From Octopus vulgaris (lineage: Eukaryota): 64,000 nucleotides of DNA. The stretch is from positions 89,156,001 through 89,220,000 of the forward strand of contig OX597819.1 in the NCBI GenBank assembly GCA_951406725.2, written 5' to 3'. The notes under the pieces are model-generated. The model had not been told where the DNA came from. It was given only the letters and a program-made list of their open reading frames with translations, and did no database searches. The translations under genes were made by a program, and so were the position numbers. This document shows, piece by piece, positions 51,085-63,336 of this stretch. Numbering within the stretch: position 1 is the first letter of the stretch; the number at the start of each line of letters is the position of its first letter.

Positions 51085-52020
51085 GCCACTAGCCTTTTTG
51101 TCACTTCCTAACACCAGCATTATGTCTTTCTGTCACTTTCTGACAGCCTAGCATTTTAGTCTGGTAGCATTTCTGTCACTTTCTGGAAGCAGCATTTTAG
51201 TCTGGTAAGCATTTCTGTCACTTTCTGGAAGTAGCATTTTAGTCTGGTAGCATTTCTGTCACTTTCTGGAAGTAACATTTTAGTCTGGTAGCATTTCTGT
51301 CACTTTCTGGAAGCAGCATTTTAGTCTGGTAAGCATTTCTGTCACTTTCTGGAAGTAGCATTTTAGTCTGGTAGCATTTCTGTCACTTTCTGGAAGTAAC
51401 ATTTTAGTCTGGTAGTATTTCTGTCACTTTCTGGAAGCAGCATTTTAGTCTGGTAGCATTTCTGTCACTTTCTGGAAGTAGCATTTTAGTCTGGTAGCAT
51501 TTCTGTCACTTTCTGGAAGTAACATTTTACTCTGGTAGTATTTCTATCACTTTCTGTCACTCTCTGACATTATTGTAAATCTATCAATTTCTGACAGATT
51601 AGAATTTTAATATTTTCATTAATTTTTTGACACTAGCTTTTCGCTCTGGTTTTATCATTTACTTGATATTCTAGTATATTAAGTCTGTAAGCATTTATGT
51701 CACTTTCTGACAAGCATTTTAGTCTGATAGCCTTTCTGTCACTTTTTGACACTAGCATTTTTGTCTGAACTAACAATTCTAGCACTTTAGCCTGGTAGTA
51801 TTTCTGCCTTTAACATTTTAATCTTATTGCAAGCACTTCTGCCATTTTCTGACACCAGCATTTAAGTCTGATAACATTTCTGTCACTTTCTGACAAATCT
51901 CACTTCCTGACACTGTAGCATTACACTCTAGCAATTCTGTAACTTTCTAATACTTCTGGCATTTTAATCTGGTAATCTAATATTTCTATTACATTCTGAC
52001 ACTCTGATGTTACTGTCACT
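51085..52020. repeat. 41-bp minisatellite; homogeneous core 51150-51555 with degenerate flanks
   Basis: Unit AGCATTTTAGTCTGGTAGCATTTCTGTCACTTTCTGGAAG(C/T), about 10 near-identical copies in the core. Confidence 0.95.
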
Positions 52021-52238
52021 TCACAAAAAAAAAGAAGAAAACACCAAAAAGACCATAAATTGCTATAATAATTTTTGCCAAATCTGTCATGTGTAACATA
52101 CATAACTTCCAGTTTGGTTCACAACTCAGCCTCTCCCTTTCTCTGCATCTATGTATACACACACACACATTTCTCAACACAATCTTTAAAGACATTATTA
52201 AGCTACTACTTTCAAAAGTTATAAATTTCTTCTTTTAA

Positions 52239-52434
52239 CCCTTTCGATACCAAACCAGCAGAAACCACCTCTGGCTCTGTAGTACAAATGTTTTGTTTTC
52301 ATAAGTTTTGAATTAAAATCTTCCATAGTCACAATTTATGTTCCTAACGAAGCTATTTTACTAAATTCTTTGTTATATTTAAAGTAATTGAAAGAAACAT
52401 AGAGCAACTCAAAATAAATACAGTAATGAAAGGG
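52239..52434. mobile_element. piggyBac-type MITE, family P3
   Basis: TTAA|CCCTTTCGATAC ... GTAATGAAAGGG|TTAA. A related inverted copy lies near 63355-63555. Confidence 0.85.
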
Positions 52435-52620
52435 TTAAAATAAGTTAATTACAAAATAGAAAGAAAGTTGTGAATCTACGTTCTTTAAATTTTTCTTAAG
52501 AAAACTTCGGAATGTTTTTTTTTTTATCTCTGTTGAATTTTAGGAAGTTACCTTCTTCCCCCAAAAGAAATTTCAAGTATCTATCTATCACTATTTTTAC
52601 TTCAATTTGTCATGCTACTA

Positions 52621-52775
52621 AATGTGTTCACATATGGTCAGCTGTATGTTGCTCTGAGTAGAGCTGGTGATCCATCTAAAAAAAGAAAAAGATTTTTGCT
52701 GGTCTAAGTCAACCTACAACAGCAAGACAATCTCACAGATATCCTAATCATAAAAATTGTTTACTCCACTAAGTT
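52621..52775 (+). pseudogene. Helitron Rep-Hel (PIF1-like helicase) C-terminal fragment
   Basis: 52621-52680 translates NVFTYGQLYVALSRAGDPSK, matching the Helitron helicase motif VI consensus VF[S/T]HGQLYVALSR. A frameshifted KIVY follows, resembling the terminal TKNIVY motif. Confidence 0.75.
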
Positions 52776-52952
52776 AATGTATACATAGACGTTACTTCGT
52801 TGTCAAAGCTTCCTGACTGTGCTTTGTTGTATTAAATGTTGCATATAGAAATAAAAGCAGTTAAAAACTAATATGTTTTCAATAAATGTTTTACCTTTTA
52901 CTTAATTCTAGTCTTGAATCAGTAAGATATTATATAATGTGCACAAAATATT

Positions 52953-53168
52953 CTTTTCTACTCTAGACAAAAGGCCTGAAATTTTTTGTGAAGGAGGGGG
53001 CCCTCGATTAGATTGACCATAGTACGCAACTGGTACTTAATTTATCAACCCCGAAAGGATGAAATACAAAGTTGCCCTCAGTGGAATTTGAACTCGGATC
53101 GTAAAGACAGACGAAATACCGCGAAGCATTTTGCCCGGCATGCTAAAGTTTCTGCCAGCTCGCCACCT
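52953..53168 (-). mobile_element. SINE family A
   Basis: 18-bp TSD TAATGTGCACA(A/G)AATATT. Confidence 0.92.
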
Positions 53169-54964
53169 TAATGTGCACAGAATATTGCACAAAAGATATT
53201 TATTTCAGTTTGAGATATTAAGTCAAAAATCTTAATATTCAGTCAAGAGGAATCAAATATAAAAAATCACCATCATTTTAATATCCATTCTTTCATACAT
53301 GGGTTGGACAGCATTTATTGAGTCTGATTCTCTATAGCTGGATACCCTTCCTGTCACTAACCCTCAACTGTTTCAAAGCAAGGTAGTACTTCCCGAATGA
53401 CTCTTGTTTGTATGGCTGTCATACTCATTCACAACCATCATGCAATTCAAGACAAGAGGGACGCAAACATGCACACTTACACATATACATGTGTGTATAT
53501 GTGTATGTGATGGGATTCTTACAGTTTCCATCTACCAAATGCACTCACAATGCATTGGGACAAAAGTAGAAGACACTTGCCCAAAATGCTATGCAGTGGG
53601 ACTGAACCTGAAACCATATGGTTGAGGAGCAAACTTCTTAACCACACAGCCATGCCTGCACTAAGTCAGTAATATGGTTTGATAGACAAACTGGTTCAAA
53701 TTAATTCAAAAGAAAAATAAAAGGAAGTGAGTGGTCCTTATTTTCCTTGAATGGTTTTATATTTTAATGTCGATTTCAAATACTTTTTTAAAGAGTTTTA
53801 TAAAAAGGGTTGTTCACAACAAGTTGATCTTCTTGGGAAGAAAAAAATTATTATGCAAAACTAAAAACTGTATGGTAAAAAAGCCTTCGTCTTTTCCTGT
53901 TATACAAGAAAAGAATCCAATGACACCAAGCAAAGAATCAAAAACTAACCGAAAATATTTTCTTGCAGATAAAATTGCAAAAGAAAATAATAATAATAAA
54001 AAGTTCAGAAAAAAAAAAAAAATGCAAATACAGAGTAACTTCAAAATAACTGCAATATTTTTAAATATTTCGAATGTTATTTCAAGGAGAGGGACAAAAT
54101 TGCTAAAGAGATTTTTGTCATATACTAAAGCATAATTTTTAGATGTTTGTTAGAAGAGACAGAATCTGAAGAAAGATCAGTTCTAAATTAAAATCATTTC
54201 ATTTTGCTATGAGTTTTCTGCACTGACAAAGACAAAAAAAAAAATGCACATCAGATGTATTTTTTTTGTTTTTTTTTAAGCGATTCTTATCAGCGTTTAT
54301 GAATAATTCATTATCATTCAAGACACTGCTTCCGTTGGAACTCTGATAAACAGGAATCAAAGTTGAGAAATTTCTAAGAAACAATCAGTGAGCAGTTATA
54401 GTCTTAGTTGCGTGTTCTTCAATTTTTTTTTTCTTTTTCTTTTTATACTTTTAGTGGTTCTGGTTTTTTCGTGCACAACCACTTCTACTAACCACCCTTC
54501 AGTGGAATTGATTCAGTTGCAAGCAATCCTCATGTTAAGCTAAACATATTAAGAATATGAAAAATATTTATCAATCCGTTATATTTTTATTAGTTTTTCT
54601 TTGTTTTTTGTTTTTTTTGGTTTTGTTTTGAAAATGTCTTTTAGCTGCATCTTATAGTTGAATGGTTTGGACAGTTGTTATGAATTGGAAATATTTACAT
54701 CAATTCTTGATGCAGGAGATTTTTATTGCTAGATGCTCTTGCAAACACCAACTACACAATTAGGAAAAAGGCAAAGGTGGAGCAGGGCGAGAAGGAAATA
54801 TAGTATTTATTCTTCAATTTGATTGATTACGAGATAATGATATTTTTATTTTGACAATAAGTTCTTGGCATATATAGAATCATCAATTCAATCGACAATA
54901 TAACCTCACCTACAAGTGCTGTTTGGTGCCAATATTGGAAATTATTAAAACTATATCTTCTGCT

Positions 54965-55350
54965 TTTTACTTGTTCCAGTCATTGGACTGCGGCCATGCT
55001 GGGGCACTGCCTTGAAGGGTTTAATCAAACAAATCAAACCAGGGTCCTTATTTTTAATTCTGGTACTTATTTTATCAGGATTTTTTGCCAAACTGCTAAG
55101 TTACAGGAATGTAAACAAACCAACACCAGTTGTCAAGTGGTGGGACACACATACACAAACATATATGACAGGCTTCCACAGTCTCCAGCAACTAAATTCA
55201 CTCACAAGGCATTAGTCAATTTAGGGTTATAATAGAAGACACTTACTAAAGGTACCATGCAGTGGGACTGAACCTGAAACTATGTGGTTCCAAAAGGAGT
55301 TTCTTAACCACACAACCACATCTCCACCTATATGCATAGCCATGCCTGCA
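54965..55350 (-). mobile_element. SINE family C (older)
   Basis: TTTTACTTGTTCCAGTCATTGGACTGCGGCCATGCTGGGGCAC ... GCAGTGGGACTGAACC. Confidence 0.85.
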
Positions 55351-55478
55351 CTTATATAATTATTTCACAATTTTTTTTTTTATTTAGTAGTTTTGGTCTG
55401 GAGGAAGGAATTGTATTCATGCTCTTCACAGGTCCTCTGAAAACAGACAATGTACAACACAGATCTATGACCTCAAGT

Positions 55479-55809
55479 GAAGGTGCATGGCTAAGTGGTT
55501 AGAGCGTAAGGCTCACAATCATGAGTAGCGTGTTTGATTTCCGGACCAGGTTGTGTGTTATGCTCTTGAGCAAGACACTTTATTTCACGTTGCTCCAGTT
55601 CACTCATCTGTAGAAATGAGTTGTAACGTCACTGGTGCCAAGCTGTATCGGCCTTTGCCTTTCCCTTGGATAACATCAAGGGCATTGAGAGGGGAGGCTG
55701 GTATGTATGGGAGACTTTCAGAAACAACCTTGTCCAGACTTGTACATCAGAGGGGAACTTTCTACTAGCAATCACATAGCCATTCATGACTGAAGGGGTT
55801 CTTTACCCT
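55479..55809 (+). mobile_element. SINE family D
   Basis: Colinear with 7303-7650. Confidence 0.9.
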
Positions 55810-56434
55810 GTGTCCTCAAATTCAGCTACATACACCTCATGTATGTGTATGTTACATGTTCACTCATCCTTATGTGCAGTGTTGCCAAAGGATTAGTACT
55901 TCATTAACACAGTATTGTTGACCTACTAGAAATAGCAACAAATTTCCCTCACCACAAACCCTGCCACCTTAAAAAGAGAAGGATATATTGGGCACTGTAA
56001 TAGTATCAAACACACAAAATAACAGGCTGGTCATACCAGAAAGCTTTTAATTCTAATGGATCAAGGCTGACCTGGGCCTAAATAACAACAAAGCTGAATT
56101 TCCCAGGTTGGAGAAGGAAATTTGCAATGTGATGTTAAAAATCCTCCTATACAGGATTTCCAGCATAACACTGAGAAGTAAACAAGGATAACCTACATCT
56201 CAGTGTATGCATGTCTCTCAATCCTAAAACATTATGGATTACATAAGAGGATTACTTAAAACAAATAAATACAATGGTTATGTAAGAAAAATGTTCAGTG
56301 ATTAAGATGTCATGTTAGTTGTAAATAAGCAAGCATGGTAATTTTAAATAAATCAAGTCTACAAATGTCTTATGGTGAGGTAAATGCTGTTGAACAATGA
56401 AGACTGGCATAGTTTATCTGAATATAAGAGCTGT

Positions 56435-56660
56435 TATTGTTGAGTGGCTCTGAGTGTTTTATATATATGTCCGGCATTTGCCATGATAGATCGCTAGCCA
56501 CTAAAACTTTTTCTATTTTTTCTCCCTGTTTATTTGTGTGTTCCTTTCTGTTGAAGAGCATAGGCTTGAAATGTAAAAGACTTTCTTACTTCCCTAGCGT
56601 TAAACTAATACATCTGTTTGTTGTTTATACACCAGTCTTTGTCTTTTGTAAATTCTCACT
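56435..56660 (+). mobile_element. Penelope-like repeat remnant with a variant hammerhead-like motif
   Basis: 56544-56579 reads CTTT-CTGTTGA-A-GAGC-atag-GCTT-GAAA-TGTA-AAAG. Confidence 0.45.
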
Positions 56661-56766
56661 ATATATATACATATATATCCCACTGCATGGTGCCATAGCC
56701 TCATGCTGACCAAAGCCCTGTGAGTGGATTTGATAGACAAAAAGTGAAAGAAGTCCATTCTGTATG

Positions 56767-56803
<37 letters not shown>

Positions 56804-56879
56804 GTATTGTCAATGTATTATATACCCGGAAAAGAAGCACACTCTAAAGCATAGAGCAGTAATGTATTTATATGCAGTT

Positions 56880-57082
56880 AAGTCAATGTCCAGTCATAGA
56901 GTGACCAATGGTTTCACATCCATATAGGGCTTAGCCCTGTGGACGTCTTGTCAGACTCTAAAGTTAAAGAAAAATGTTACTCTTCACCATTGTCTTCAGC
57001 TTTAGAATCTGACAGACATTCATGAGGCTAAGGCCTTTGTGAATGTGAAACCACTGGTCACTCTATGACTGGACTTAGACTT
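56880..57082. repeat. Fold-back palindrome, ~96-bp arms with ~11-nt loop
   Basis: GTCCAGTCATAGAGTGACCA.TGGTTTCACAT is mirrored by ATGTGAAACCA.TGGTCACTCTATGACTGGAC. Pairing continues inward to the loop near 56977-56987. Confidence 0.92.
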
Positions 57083-57094
57083 GGCTTCTGTGTA

Positions 57095-57318
57095 GGCGGC
57101 ACTTAAAAAGCACCATTTAAGCATGGCCGTTGCCAATACCGCCTGACTGGCCCTCGTGCCGGTGGCACGTAAAAGCACCCACTACACTCTCGGAGTGTAG
57201 GAAGGGCATCCAGCCAGATCAGATTGGAGCCTGGTGCAGCTTTCTGGCTTGCCAGCCCTCAGTCAAACAGTCAATCCCATGTCAGCATGGAAAGTAGACG
57301 TTAAATGACGATGATGAT
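57095..57318 (+). mobile_element. Family B retroposon
   Basis: CGTGCCGGTGGCACGTAAAAGCACCCACTACACTC ... GGAAGGGCATCCAG ... GACGTTAAATGACGATGATGAT. Confidence 0.88.
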
Positions 57319-57531
57319 CTGTGTGTATGTCTTTTCCCCACCCCATCACCACTTGACCGCAGTTTGTCAAAAGAAACCAATAGAATTAGTAATTAGACTT
57401 TACAAAAATTAAGTCCCAGGGTCAATCTGTTAAATTAAAAACCCTTCATAGTGGTGCTCCAGCATGGTTGCAGTCTAATGACTGAAACAAGTAAAAAAAT
57501 AAATATATATATATATATATGTATGTGTGTG

Positions 57532-57581
<50 letters not shown>

Positions 57582-60500
57582 CGCACACACATATAGTTTA
57601 ATTCTTCAATAAAATGTTGAAAACCTCAACATAATGAAGAACTCAATACATTATATGGAGAATATATACTCTTATTAACTTTACAGATGCAAAATATTTC
57701 AATACACATACACACACATATATATATATACATATGTAATGTAGCCAGGTGAAATACAAATATACACACATACAAAGTGCCATAGTAGCTGGATCAGCAT
57801 TTGATGGGTATTTCATGCTGCAGTGACTTGTTTTTACGAGTGGAGTGAGGGAGGTAGTGGTGGAGAGTGTGTTCTTTAATCATTTCAAACTAAAAACGTG
57901 TAATCTCTACTCTTAAAACAGTACAGAGTTCTCTTGAAGGAGATTTAGCTGTTGTATTGATCAGGCAAGGGTTAACTGTAGAAATATTTTTGTTGGTTCA
58001 TTATGAGTTGTAGAAATCAAATATAAGTTTGACTCCAGGTATTTGAGGAACGAAATTTTAAAGAATGTTATGCCAATTTATTTTAGGATGGATGGGTTCT
58101 TTGGGTGTTGTGAAATTCGTGTCTTTCTTCAGCTTTTTAAAATTATTTGTATGCAAGAAATTAGTACTACAAATTTTAGAAATAGCCTAGATTGCATTAT
58201 CTCAACATTTCCCGAATGAACAAATATTTAAGATAAATGACATAAAACAGAAATGACATAAAACAGGTAGAACAAATTTGATTGACAACGTTGAAGATGT
58301 TTGCCCATTCTGGTAAAAAGGGTTATGTCAACCAAATCAAGGACCAACTTTATCAAATGATAAATATTTGAGGTATGATGACAGCAGTAGTGAAAGACGC
58401 AAAGGTAAACCTTTATCATTTGGTTTTCCTTGATCGTTTGGGAACTAAAATTAACTTTTATAGGAAATCAATCATAACCGAACACTACTTTCAAATATTA
58501 TTAGCTATCTTCTGAAAACTCTTATCAGCCTTGGATTTTATTACTTTCAACAAACTATATAGAATTATCTTTATATTTTCATTATTTTCTCTTCGTAACC
58601 CAAAATGAAAAGACTTCCTTACTTTGACATTAAATGTTATCCTCTTTTGTATCTACGACACACACAGACACAAGATCATTATTTCAAATGCCAATGTCCT
58701 CTTATCATTCATTATTCCCTGACGGAAGGAATATCTTTAATACAATTTCTTTTACAAAGGTGGGCAATGTCAAAAGAAGATTTTGATGTGATGCCACAGC
58801 TTAATGCTACGGATTCCATTCATAGGGAACAAAAATAATTATAGAAGAGATGTGATAATGTTGGTATATGTTTTATTGTTATTCAGAGCTGTGACTGTCT
58901 TGAGATAATTTCATCAATTAATCAGAGGTAAATAACCTTTTATCAGCATGAGGGGGAGGAAATTAAAGGTCTTTGGCAAAAAAATATACATATAACGAAA
59001 AGATAAAATTGTTTAAAAAGACAAAGAAAACCTCTTTCTATATAGATTCATAGTTGAGAATAGCGAATGTTTGTGTGTTTGTTTATGATACATGATAGGA
59101 ACACGTACACGAGCTCAAACACAACATAAGGTTTCAATACATGTCTTCAGATACAAAATTCTCATAATACATACAGCATCACATGCAGTCACACTACATC
59201 AGCAGATTATATGTGTGTGTATGTGTGTGTGTGAGTGAGTGTATGTATGTGTATGTGCGTGCGTCGAGTGCACGTTAGAATGTGTAATATGTGTATACAT
59301 TTCCTATATAAACATACACTAAATTATACTAATAGTGACAATGCATTGAGACAGTCACCGCAACGATATATGTACTAAAATCGTAACGCAATTATGCAAA
59401 CACATGTACAGTCACATTGCAATCATATAAAACCATACAACGTACATCAATACTATATACGCACACAAATACTATATTCACACACAAATACAATATACGC
59501 ATAAAAAAGGTATTTTAATACACTCTTGTATCTTTTTCTAGTCAATTACTTTTTCTTTTGCAAGAATATCGGGGTTTGAGTGTTTTCGTTGCATTTTTTC
59601 TGTAATGCCTTTGCATCAGTTATATCTATTTATGAATTTAAGAAAAAAAGTGTGTGATGTTCGATTACATTTCACTAAATACCGTGAAAAAAATGCTATC
59701 TTCGTGAAAGATTAGACCATAAAAACCGATTCTGTCACGAGTATATAGAACAGATGTAACCATTTTTGACAGTACTGTCACACTGTCACATAGACACAAG
59801 CGTCGTTCTCTATCAGTGACCTGTCATCTAAAGGTATAGCAAGAATTCTGATAAATCGTTTCTAGCAATCTATATACACCAATTAACACGGAGGTTAGTA
59901 TATATATATATATTTCTTTCACACAGAGATCTTTTAAGACATACATAAACATAGATTTTCAGATACTGTTCACTACACACATAATATTTACATGTGCCAG
60001 CAAGTTAGTGGCTTTTTAAACTTATTACAGGTGTATAAAAACTTTGCTGAGAATTTATTGAAAACGATTTTTTTTTAATGGGGGGATTGGGATTTCCATT
60101 TTAGAAATTCAACAAGTACTTTTTAAGGTTGCGGCCACTACACGTGAACTAAGATTGAACTCTGACCGACAGCCACCTCTTAAGGTCGCTGCTTGACCAC
60201 TTGTTCTGTAAGCTTCGCCGTCGGTTCTTAATATAATAAAGGGTAGTAAATAGAAAAAGGAGTTTGAAAAAACGGAGAGAGAGGAAAGATTTAGATAACA
60301 TTTTTTTCCCTCGTCATGAAGAGAAAGATAAAGGCTGAAAACAAGAGAGGGACGGGAGTTAAAAAGGTGTAAGTGGTAATTTAATCTAGCTACATCTCCA
60401 AACAGTCCGGAGTTAACGGTCATTTCTAGTTACTATCGTGTAAACTGAGACAAACAAGGGGAGATATCACAAGAAATCGCCATGACGTTGATAGAGAAAG

Positions 60501-61616
60501 GGATTCGTGTCGCCTTCAGAGATATAGATTAAAGAACACCAGACATTCTGTGGTTATATATATTTAACAGCTGGTCCACTAAAGCAGCTCGGCCTGGTTT
60601 TTTTCTTAAGCTCTGTTAGTTCTACTGTTCGCAATGCTAGATGAAGCGTATAAGGAATAAATAAATACTCAGTCGAACGAATTATGCAATTTCGTGAACG
60701 ATTGCAAAAAAATATTTTCTGCAAATAAACGATAAATTCACTAGAATTTTTAACACGATTTAATTTTTTTAAAAACTAAAGAGTTAAAACTTTGTAGATA
60801 AATGAATGCTTGACAAATAGATTTATAATAACAATTGAAAATTTAGTTTCTTTGCACTTGATAATCTTTTAAACGAATGAATGCACTTTTTTTCCTCATA
60901 TTCATTGAATGTTTGTTTACTTAATTATTTTCTGCTACTTAACAGTCTAATTGGCAATAATGTTAAATGGATTGTATTTTTGTAAAACTATGTCAGGGAA
61001 CTGTCCTATTCAATTGAAAAATTCTATTTTGAGAAATAAAACTTGTCTCTCTATCCATTATCTTCTGTCCTCTGCCTCTAATTCTAACGTTTACCGTTAG
61101 GAATGTAAGACTGGTCATCACAAAAAAACAAAAAAAAAAGAAAGAAAGAAAGAAAAACAATTCCATATCGTTGTTGAATATTTTCCCCTCTTTTATTTAT
61201 CATTTATTTATTTTTTCAGGAAGTAAAAAGGCAGAGAGAAAATAAAGGGCTGCGATCCTGTAAGATCAACGATGGACTTTTATTATCAAATTGTTTGTAT
61301 TGCTGTTCATAGTGTTTAAATCACGATAAATATATATAATAATAATAATAAAACAGGGACAGACGAAGACCCAAAATAGGACGGTGAATGAAAAGAGAGG
61401 TAGGGAAGACAAATTTACAAGATAAACAAGAGATAAAGCGGGAGAAAACATATATGTATGTATATACACACCACACACACACACACACACACCACAAGGA
61501 AGGAGAGGATGAGGAGGTGAAAGCATGCTATATGTAGTATATATTATCCATACATACATATATGCGAGCCGAAGCCTATAACACATACTCAAATAGATAC
61601 ACGAAATTAGACTTAC

Positions 61617-61662
61617 CGTGAAAATACCCAAACACTATAATAAAAGTTATGATAGCTTTCAT
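61617..61662 (-). CDS. Candidate first coding exon encoding a signal peptide (MKAIITFIIVFGYFH, phase-1 intron)
   Basis: ATG at 61662 with G at -3 and an in-frame TGA just upstream; basic residue followed by a hydrophobic core; consensus donor G|GTAAGT at 61616-61611; GC box upstream. Downstream exons were not found. Confidence 0.55.
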
Positions 61663-61739
61663 GCCTCACTTGTTCCCAAGCTTCATCTGGACTCCAGGAA
61701 ATGCAGCTAAATCCGAATGTTTACTACTGTGTTGTAGTT

Positions 61740-61880
61740 AACGTGAATGGAGATGAGAGCGGTGCGCGAAACTACATAGAACGGTGGGCGGAGTTGTGAG
61801 GTGGAGGGGGGGGTATAAATAAGGAAGAAGTGAGCAAGGCTATGACATTGAGTGACGGCAAGAAGGCGGGCCTAATACTG
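61740..61880 (-). promoter_or_regulatory. Candidate promoter for the 61.6-kb exon
   Basis: Sp/KLF decamer TGGGCGGAGT at 61785-61794, a G-tract, a TATA-like stretch at 61814-61821 and a second GGCGGG at 61865. Locally CpG-rich. Confidence 0.45.
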
Positions 61881-62565
61881 TGTATGTTGGAAGTAGCACC
61901 GAGCCGGTGAAGTGGTAGATAGTATATAAGTCCACCGAATTGTGTGTGTATATATAGTATAATATTTATCTATCTCTTTCTATGTCTATATACATATATA
62001 TATATATAATGTAATATTTATATATATTTGGATGGATATATATTTATATATATATATAAATCTATATGCAAGTCTGTGTCTGTGCGTATGTGTCTATGAC
62101 CAGGTATTTTCCTATCTATATAAACAATGCCTCAGATTTACACGCATGGTACAAACGTATCGTAGTTAAATGTTTCATTAAAAAAATTCAAACTAAAACG
62201 ACATCGCTGTGTAATATATACATTTACAAAAAAAAAAAAAACTGCATGCGTTTTAAAATACAATTTTATATAATATTATAGCAGTGAATATATATGTGTA
62301 TATATAGTCGTGTATACGTATATGTATGAGCGAGTGTGTATAGTCGTATGTACTTTGTTATTGTAACTTTAGCCCCAAATCAACCGTGACTGTGTACACT
62401 GATGATCAAAAGCATTCCAAGCGTGATCCTACTCTCATTTTAGAGCAACCTAAGACTACATTATCAGACGTGACCTTCCCTTATTTTAAGACAGTGGGGC
62501 GGTGGTTGATTTTGGGAAAGATTTGGCTGCTATTTCTAGCAGGTAAAGCTAGAGACTACGTAGAA

Positions 62566-62732
62566 CAGTATTTCCTAACCTTTTGTCAAACCAGCACCCT
62601 TTTGATGACAAGTCGAATCGGTCACTATCTTACTTTGAATCTTTTCTAGTGGTTGTTCAAAGGCAAAGGAAGTTTTAATTCGGATTTCCTGTTCCCTATA
62701 AAGGTGCTAACACCCCAGGTTAGGAACTACTA
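62566..62732. mobile_element. hAT-type MITE inside a family H repeat
   Basis: CAGTATTTCCTAACCT ... AGGTTAGGAACTACTA, with flanks ACGTAGAA / ATGTAAAG. The host resumes at GGCTCCCCTTG. Confidence 0.65.
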
Positions 62733-62946
62733 ATGTAAAGGCTCCCCTTGCTGGCTCGTACTGGTTTGTCTAAGTACGATTACATTCTTCGTCTATAGAC
62801 AATATTCTCAGTAGAATCAAAATCAGATGTTATTATATTTTTCTTTAATTAAATCAACCGTAACGTTAGCGAGGTTTCAAATTCAGAATAATATTGGATA
62901 AAAAACGGAGTCAGAGAACACAGTGATGTTAAAGAGAGTTTATATT

Positions 62947-63158
62947 CTTTTCTACTCTAGGCACAAGGCCCGAAATTTTGGGGAAGGGGACCAGTCGATT
63001 AAACCAACTTCAGTACATAGCTGGTACTTATTTTATCGACCTCGAAAGGATGAAAGGCAGAGTCGACCTCGGTAGTATTCGAACTCTGAACGTAAAGACA
63101 GATGAATACTGCTAAGCATTTCGCCCGGCGTGCTTAACGTTTCTGCCAGTTCGCCGCA
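62947..63158 (-). mobile_element. SINE family A
   Basis: Perfect 18-bp TSD TTAAAGAGAGTTTATATT at 62929-62946 and 63159-63176. Confidence 0.93.
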
Positions 63159-63219
63159 TTAAAGAGAGTTTATATTAGATGGAGATAAGTCTTAAGTTCT
63201 TATACAGAACTTACACAGC

Positions 63220-63336
63220 TCTCTCTCTCTCTCCCCTCCCCCTCTCTCTCTCTCCCCTCTCTCTCTCACTCACTCTCTTTCTCTCTCTCTCTCTCTCTTT
63301 CTATCTATTTATCTATCTCCCTGTCTGTCTATCTCA
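63220..63336. repeat. (CT)n/(CTAT)n compound microsatellite
   Basis: Seen directly. One of many (AT)n, (GT)n, (GA)n and (GAT)n tracts, e.g. near 2396, 2767, 25447 and 57503. Confidence 0.95.

Noticed and set aside
51150-51555. CRISPR array or repetitive coding exon
   Set aside because: No unique spacers, eukaryotic context, and the unit length is not a multiple of three.
58260-58840. Plus-strand terminal exons (…YLRYDDSSSERRK and …WAMSKEDFDVMPQLN…)
   Set aside because: There is an in-frame stop upstream, acceptors are poor and no homology is recognised.
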